Shown here one piece after another: positions 34,698 to 39,080 of a stretch of 39,080 bases of DNA (its first letter is position 1; every line of letters starts with the position of its first letter). Source of the DNA: Veleropilina oligotropha (lineage: Eukaryota); the NCBI GenBank assembly GCA_048128005.1, contig JBEUKZ010000103.1, positions 124,001 to 163,080 on the forward strand, given 5' to 3'. A program made the translations under genes and the position numbers. The notes beneath the pieces were generated by a model. That model had not been told where the DNA came from. It worked only from the letters and a program-made list of their open reading frames with translations, and searched no databases.

Positions 34698-35333
34698 TTA
34701 GTCGCCAGCTCCGATTTTTTTCAGCAGCTCTGCACGACCCTCTAAACGACCACGCTCAATAAGCTCGCTCTGGGTCTGTGAAATCGCGGTGTGCGCCTTC
34801 CTACTCTTATCCCGAATTAATGCCTTCATGGCTTGGTATTTCAACATCTCCCCTGTGACCAGTTGGAATTCATCATCAGACATCACCCCGTCCGATAATG
34901 CCTTTGAGACGTGGTCGGTTATGGTATTCAGCTTGCTGTCGGCCAGGACTCGAATCTCGTCGTGTTTCTTAGCCTTCACCCCGAGGCGCCGGCTGATATA
35001 CTTTCCACCCATACTAGCGAGCCCACACCCTAATGCCGCTAGTTCCAGCACTAGGACGACCGGGGCGGCTACAATTGTGGACAGTAGACCAATTCCAGCG
35101 CTACCCATACCAAGTGTGGCGACGACTAGTCCGTTATCTATACCGTCAACGACGTTAACACCTCGTCGGTACTTTTTATATAGTGCAGCCCGAGCATCCC
35201 GTTCTCGTTCTAGCTGCCCCTGAAGCTCATTCACTTTCTGTAGTCGGAAAGACTGTGCCTCATGCAGTTCCGAAGGCACATCGCCACCAAGTTGTGGGTA
35301 CAGCGTTGGCGCTGAGGGTTTGTTGTCCATCAT
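34698..35333 (-). CDS. Polinton/adintovirus-type membrane protein (GasderminX-like), ~211 aa from the ATG at 35333 (longest ORF extends to 35405)
   Basis: FRLQKVNEL...LYKKYRR, hydrophobic hairpin, KKHDEIRVLADSKLN..VSKALSDG.MSDDEF pattern recalled from animal Polinton proteins; N-terminal PSAP and LYPQL. Confidence 0.7.
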   Translation of the reverse strand: MMDNKPSAPTLYPQLGGDVPSELHEAQSFRLQKVNELQGQLERERDARAALYKKYRRGVNVVDGIDNGLVVATLGMGSAGIGLLSTIVAAPVVLVLELAALGCGLASMGGKYISRRLGVKAKKHDEIRVLADSKLNTITDHVSKALSDGVMSDDEFQLVTGEMLKYQAMKALIRDKSRKAHTAISQTQSELIERGRLEGRAELLKKIGAGD

Positions 35334-35677
35334 ACGTGGCTGTATTGTTCCGCCTGTTTGTTTAAAATGTCTACTGTAACGTTCAAATACAGAGTGCCGA
35401 CCCACGGGGCCTTGATGACAAAGGCGAGGGTTAACTTATCCGAATCCAGGCTGAGTTTACTTATGGAACATGCCTTGGGGCCCCCGGCCGGCTGGACCGG
35501 CGTCAGGTGGATCATTAGAAGGGCTGGGTTCAACCCGAACCGACCTCTAGTGTTTGGAAACATGAACTCCCTCCTCGCCAGCCCCTTATTGGGCGCTACC
35601 CCACAATTAAGGACAAAGTGCCACCGGGTCGGGGAAGAGGGCTCGTCTGCAAGCAGGGTCCCGTAGATGCTGCTCAT
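35330..35677 (-). CDS. Hypothetical beta-rich viral protein (115 aa)
   Basis: Fills the gap between its neighbours exactly, with ATGA overlaps at both ends; N-terminus MSSIYG. Confidence 0.6.
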   Translation of the reverse strand: MSSIYGTLLADEPSSPTRWHFVLNCGVAPNKGLARREFMFPNTRGRFGLNPALLMIHLTPVQPAGGPKACSISKLSLDSDKLTLAFVIKAPWVGTLYLNVTVDILNKQAEQYSHV

Positions 35678-36414
35678 TGTATCGCAAGGACTGCGGAAAT
35701 AGGCATACCGTGATTGTCGAGCGGTTTACCATCTGAGTCTGTGATGTAAACCTTCAACTCTGTGATTAGCCCGGCCTGTAGTCGCCGGCCGGCGGGATAG
35801 CTATGATAGTGGCCAGCTTCACCGAACATCTGCGACGTGATAGGGACCACCGCGAGAATAGTGCTCGGGGCGCCGTCCTGCACATTGTGCGTTGTACTAA
35901 GCTGCTCCAGGTGAACGTGCAGGGTTGGCGCTATGGCAAACCCGACAGGCTTATTCCCGTCATAAGTCCCAGGGCGTAGCCACTCGGATCTCTCCGGAGG
36001 GGGAGGTGGTTGGCCCTGTACTCCCCGAACCGGTGGGTTCAGATTCCCTGCTTTATCGAGAATAAACGAAGAGAGGTCTAAGCCGAGGAGTTTTCGTATA
36101 TCGTCACTTATCGCGAGTCGAGTCCCCTCTGGGACCACGATTCGGGCGAGCCCTGTAGCATGGCTTACATCTAGTTGTAGGTTAACTAGCGACCTCTTCA
36201 TCGTCTTGGCGAGGTCATCGAAGCTGTAGAAACCTGGTGCCACGTCGACCGTGGTATCCGGGGTCTTAAAGAAGGCTCCGGCATGCACGTTGTGCCAGCC
36301 TACCCAATAGTCGAGCGACTGCAAGCTGACACATAGCTTGCCGTCCCGGTTATCAATCGGCTCCAGGAGGGCAACCGCGGTCCCCTCTTGAACGTTTGTT
36401 AATGTGTGAAACAT
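35674..36414 (-). CDS. Minor capsid (penton-like, single jelly-roll) protein (246 aa)
   Basis: Pattern V.L.SL.Y..GW.NV...V.PG.YS..DL...LLGL...L.VH......N..DG.PS.ILAVVP...FG....P..R.L..G.ITEL.V.ITD.DG..LD..G.PI..VL.I resembles Polinton minor capsid proteins. Confidence 0.7.
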   Translation of the reverse strand: MFHTLTNVQEGTAVALLEPIDNRDGKLCVSLQSLDYWVGWHNVHAGAFFKTPDTTVDVAPGFYSFDDLAKTMKRSLVNLQLDVSHATGLARIVVPEGTRLAISDDIRKLLGLDLSSFILDKAGNLNPPVRGVQGQPPPPPERSEWLRPGTYDGNKPVGFAIAPTLHVHLEQLSTTHNVQDGAPSTILAVVPITSQMFGEAGHYHSYPAGRRLQAGLITELKVYITDSDGKPLDNHGMPISAVLAIQ

Positions 36415-36421
36415 AGTAGCT

Positions 36422-37705
36422 ATGGCTAAGAGCGCCTTTGCGTTTAATAGGAGTGCGGCCTATCCGACCGGTGTGGTGTACCCAGCAAAGATCAAAGATG
36501 AGCAGCTTACGAGACCAAGCATCAATGTGGGTAATAGCTCAACCACTACATTCGGGGCAACATACCCTGACGTCTTTCAGAAATACCGCCTCCCTCATGT
36601 CGCTAGTGACGGGCTGATAAGGGATTGGAACAGCACGCCGATGAGGTTCTGGCAGAACAAGGTCAATTTCGCAGTTTGGTGTGCCACAACAGGTTCCGGA
36701 ATCTCCTCAGAAGACCACTTAAATGCGACCGACCCCCTCTCCACTGCTGTATTCACCTTCCACGTCTACTATCAGGTCAGACGAATCTTATCCGAAATTC
36801 AGGCGCCGCTGCCACAGGACCGGACGTGGGATGCATTCGACAACCCGTATGACCGCAGGGCATATGAGAAGATCTGCAGCGAATTTGGGGTGTCTCCCCA
36901 TACCGACTGGCGTGTCAAGGGTCCCAACGGCGGACTAGGCACCGCTTACAGCTACTGGACGAACAACGGCTACCACCCCATCGGACGTGACTATGATCCA
37001 AGCCGAATGTCCTTCACCAAAGGTACGACCAACACGAATCTGCACGTGGACTACATCGCGCAAGCGCCTGCACTTAAAAACGGTTGGGCTACTTTTATTC
37101 TGGACAGGTCGGTGGGATTCACGAGGGCCGGCGTGGAAAGGCTCAATGATTCCATCAGGACCTACGTCTGGGCTATTCTTGGAGCGCAGGCTCAAACGCG
37201 TGCAAGTATTCTGGGTAGTGGTACCGCATTTGACGCACAGAAACAGTTCCTGGCGAACGTGGAAGACGCCATCGCATCCCCCGTTGACCTCCCAGCAGCC
37301 ATCAAACGGTACCAAGAGGTGCTCCAGTATGCGAGGTCCAAAGTGGACTTCGTATTCGGCGTTGGCCTGTACATGGCGCCAAGTAACATGCTTCTACGGA
37401 TCGGGCAGGTGGCTGGTTATAACAATGAGATCGTCGTCGCCACGGAAGACCAGACACTCGGTCTTAATACTACGGTGAACGCGGCCAATCCTGTGCCGCC
37501 CAACGCCACTGGGGATACTGGAGAAACAGGACTGGTTATTCCACAAGACGCAGATGCAAGCATACCGGTAGTTACTCCGAAGCATCCAAGCTCTCTGCCA
37601 GCTGTGGCCTCAGTGGCGGCGGTTCCAGCGGCACATGACGAGGAGAAAACCGCACTTATCGTGGGCGGCATTGTCGTTGGTCTAGCGTTTATTTGGCTTA
37701 CGTGA
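36422..37705 (+). CDS. Uncharacterised viral protein with C-terminal transmembrane anchor (427 aa)
   Basis: Long intact ORF; globular body, Pro/Thr/Ala-rich linker, terminal hydrophobic ALIVGGIVVGLAFIWL. Confidence 0.8.
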   Translation: MAKSAFAFNRSAAYPTGVVYPAKIKDEQLTRPSINVGNSSTTTFGATYPDVFQKYRLPHVASDGLIRDWNSTPMRFWQNKVNFAVWCATTGSGISSEDHLNATDPLSTAVFTFHVYYQVRRILSEIQAPLPQDRTWDAFDNPYDRRAYEKICSEFGVSPHTDWRVKGPNGGLGTAYSYWTNNGYHPIGRDYDPSRMSFTKGTTNTNLHVDYIAQAPALKNGWATFILDRSVGFTRAGVERLNDSIRTYVWAILGAQAQTRASILGSGTAFDAQKQFLANVEDAIASPVDLPAAIKRYQEVLQYARSKVDFVFGVGLYMAPSNMLLRIGQVAGYNNEIVVATEDQTLGLNTTVNAANPVPPNATGDTGETGLVIPQDADASIPVVTPKHPSSLPAVASVAAVPAAHDEEKTALIVGGIVVGLAFIWLT

Positions 37706-39011
37706 CCCACTGTCTAGCGGCAATAAGAAGCAAGCCCCCAACTGATATGACCAGTGCCCATAGGTTTTCAGCGAGCCACGATGCTGTCTTGCCAATCAGG
37801 TTGATTAGCCAGGAGACCAGGCTTCCAAGTATTCCTGGGAGCGCGGCTGCGGCCTTCCCTGCTAGCTTGCCCAGAATCCGACCCAGGGTCTTCAGCTGCT
37901 TTTTTACCCACTCCTTGACCCCGCCCTGACCACTGGGAGGTGGTGGTGGCGTTGGCGGGCTTGTTGCTCCACCTGTCAGGGCTAGTACCAAAGTCGAGAT
38001 GGCGAGCCCGATAGCGGTCAGTATTGTTGCGATCGTAACCCCTTGCTCGCGGAACAGGGTCCGGATACGCTCGGCCAGCGTTGTGTCGGTGTTCAGGATC
38101 CGACTTATCATCTCTCGGATCCGGCCGATTTGAGAGCGAAGGGCCTCCCGGCTTGATGATGCTGCCTCTAGGCGAGCTGCTCTTTCATCATTCAGGTCGC
38201 GCAGACGTTCCGCGATCCGTCGACGGATGAACTCATCCACACCGCCCTCTTCATCTGCCTGATCGAGCTTCATCTTCTCCAGCTCTATGTGTTCATCCAG
38301 CGCCGTTAGCTTGGCTAAGTTGTTCGTGAGTTCGCCTCGGATGGTCTGCATCGCCTTGTCAAGTCCGCGAAGCTCGCGAAGATTTAATGGAGGGTCCCCC
38401 ATTGTGCCTAAGATCTCTTCAACCTCGGTATCAGTGAATTTCGTCTCCATCGTGTGGATTGCTACCGAGGCATCAGTAGCAGTCTGCCCCAAGTCCCGCA
38501 GTTCTACGTTTTCGACATTAGCGGCCGCACCGCTCAACTCAGTGTCGGCTGCCTGAAGAACTGCAACCGCTTTTGAGGCCAGCTTTTTTTCCCCCCGCGT
38601 CCAGTGTACAAAACCCAACCCTTCACGGATTGCATCACCCCCACCAGGCCGGCCAGCTATTGTTGACAACGCCAAGGGGTTGCCGGTGCGAGAATTTATG
38701 AGATTGATGTCGGGGTAGTCCGTCATCACCAATTTCCCCCCCCTCCCTAATTTTCCCCTCACATACTTGAATTTTGAATAATCTCGCCCCGTGGCTGGGG
38801 TCTGCCCCTCCTGTGCCAGGGCTTTGTAGTAGTCGTCAACCACGCCCTGAACGAGCTCTTGCTGAAGACTGCTGGTTCCTTCCTGTGGCCGTTCCGAAAG
38901 AACAGGCATAAACCGGTCGGTGGATAGATCCACATCAGTATCGTCGATGATGGTATCATCGTTGTCGATGAGATCGTCCGGCTCGAATGCGGGGTTCTCG
39001 AATTTCGCCAT
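37698..39011 (-). CDS. Uncharacterised coiled-coil, multi-helix membrane protein (437 aa)
   Basis: Long intact ORF; acidic N-terminus with FENPAF, long heptad region, hydrophobic helix VTIATILTAIGLAISTLVLALTGG, Pro hinge, amphipathic basic helix, terminal hydrophobic helices. Confidence 0.82.
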   Translation of the reverse strand: MAKFENPAFEPDDLIDNDDTIIDDTDVDLSTDRFMPVLSERPQEGTSSLQQELVQGVVDDYYKALAQEGQTPATGRDYSKFKYVRGKLGRGGKLVMTDYPDINLINSRTGNPLALSTIAGRPGGGDAIREGLGFVHWTRGEKKLASKAVAVLQAADTELSGAAANVENVELRDLGQTATDASVAIHTMETKFTDTEVEEILGTMGDPPLNLRELRGLDKAMQTIRGELTNNLAKLTALDEHIELEKMKLDQADEEGGVDEFIRRRIAERLRDLNDERAARLEAASSSREALRSQIGRIREMISRILNTDTTLAERIRTLFREQGVTIATILTAIGLAISTLVLALTGGATSPPTPPPPPSGQGGVKEWVKKQLKTLGRILGKLAGKAAAALPGILGSLVSWLINLIGKTASWLAENLWALVISVGGLLLIAARQWVT

Positions 39012-39047
39012 TTGAATACATCAGTGGGATACGCATCTAATTCAGCC

Positions 39048-39080
39048 ATGACTAGCGTATACGGACGCAAGCTTAATCCA
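39048..39080 (+). CDS. 5' end of a gene running off the window (MTSVYGRKLNP...), possibly the major capsid protein
   Basis: GCCATG context; YGRKLNP resembles my recollection of N-termini of capsid-like ORFs in invertebrate Polinton-like elements; only 11 codons are visible. Confidence 0.4.
   Translation, partial: MTSVYGRKLNP

Larger units (their letters stand above)
31849..39080. mobile_element. One arm of an endogenous Polinton/Maverick (adintovirus)-like dsDNA virus; continues beyond the window
   Basis: Shift to GC-richer, tightly packed ORFs free of the host TE families; penton-like ORF, membrane-protein ORFs, subterminal direct repeats. No pPolB, integrase or ATPase is inside the window, and the left junction is approximate. 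Confidence 0.72.

Noticed and set aside
34789..39070. Antisense and nested ORFs overlapping the long viral genes (e.g. 34789+, 35358+, 36935-, 36987+, 38287+, 38759-)
   Set aside because: Shadow ORFs are expected in GC-richer coding DNA, and these show no recognisable motifs.

Overview
This is AT-rich, intron-containing animal genomic DNA; the repeat repertoire suggests a marine invertebrate such as a mollusc (inference). The first ~31 kb holds a spliced TRPT1/Tpt1 (tRNA 2'-phosphotransferase) gene, with six coding exons read by hand at 1076-11810 and several unusual substitutions in conserved motifs. Around it is a dense, partly nested set of transposons: Helentron/HINE-like elements with internal tandem arrays, Crypton-like palindromic elements, hAT- and Harbinger-type MITEs (two forming a 3.4-kb inverted repeat), V-domain-like tRNA SINEs, L2/CR1, RTE and Penelope fragments, and a Ginger2-type element with an intact DDE integrase ORF. 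At ~31850 a frameshifted CCDC97-like exon stops abruptly and a GC-richer, gene-dense segment runs to the window end; I read this as one arm of an endogenous Polinton/adintovirus-like dsDNA virus. It encodes a penton-like protein, a membrane protein with adjacent PSAP and LYPxL ESCRT late-domain motifs, two further membrane proteins, a secreted IL-17/cystine-knot-like protein, a small bZIP-like ORF under repeated heat-shock-like elements, and probably the first codons of a major capsid gene. The most interesting hypothesis is a stress-inducible, ESCRT-recruiting (possibly enveloped) endogenous polintovirus carrying a cytokine mimic. All family calls are by eye and need HMM or structure confirmation.
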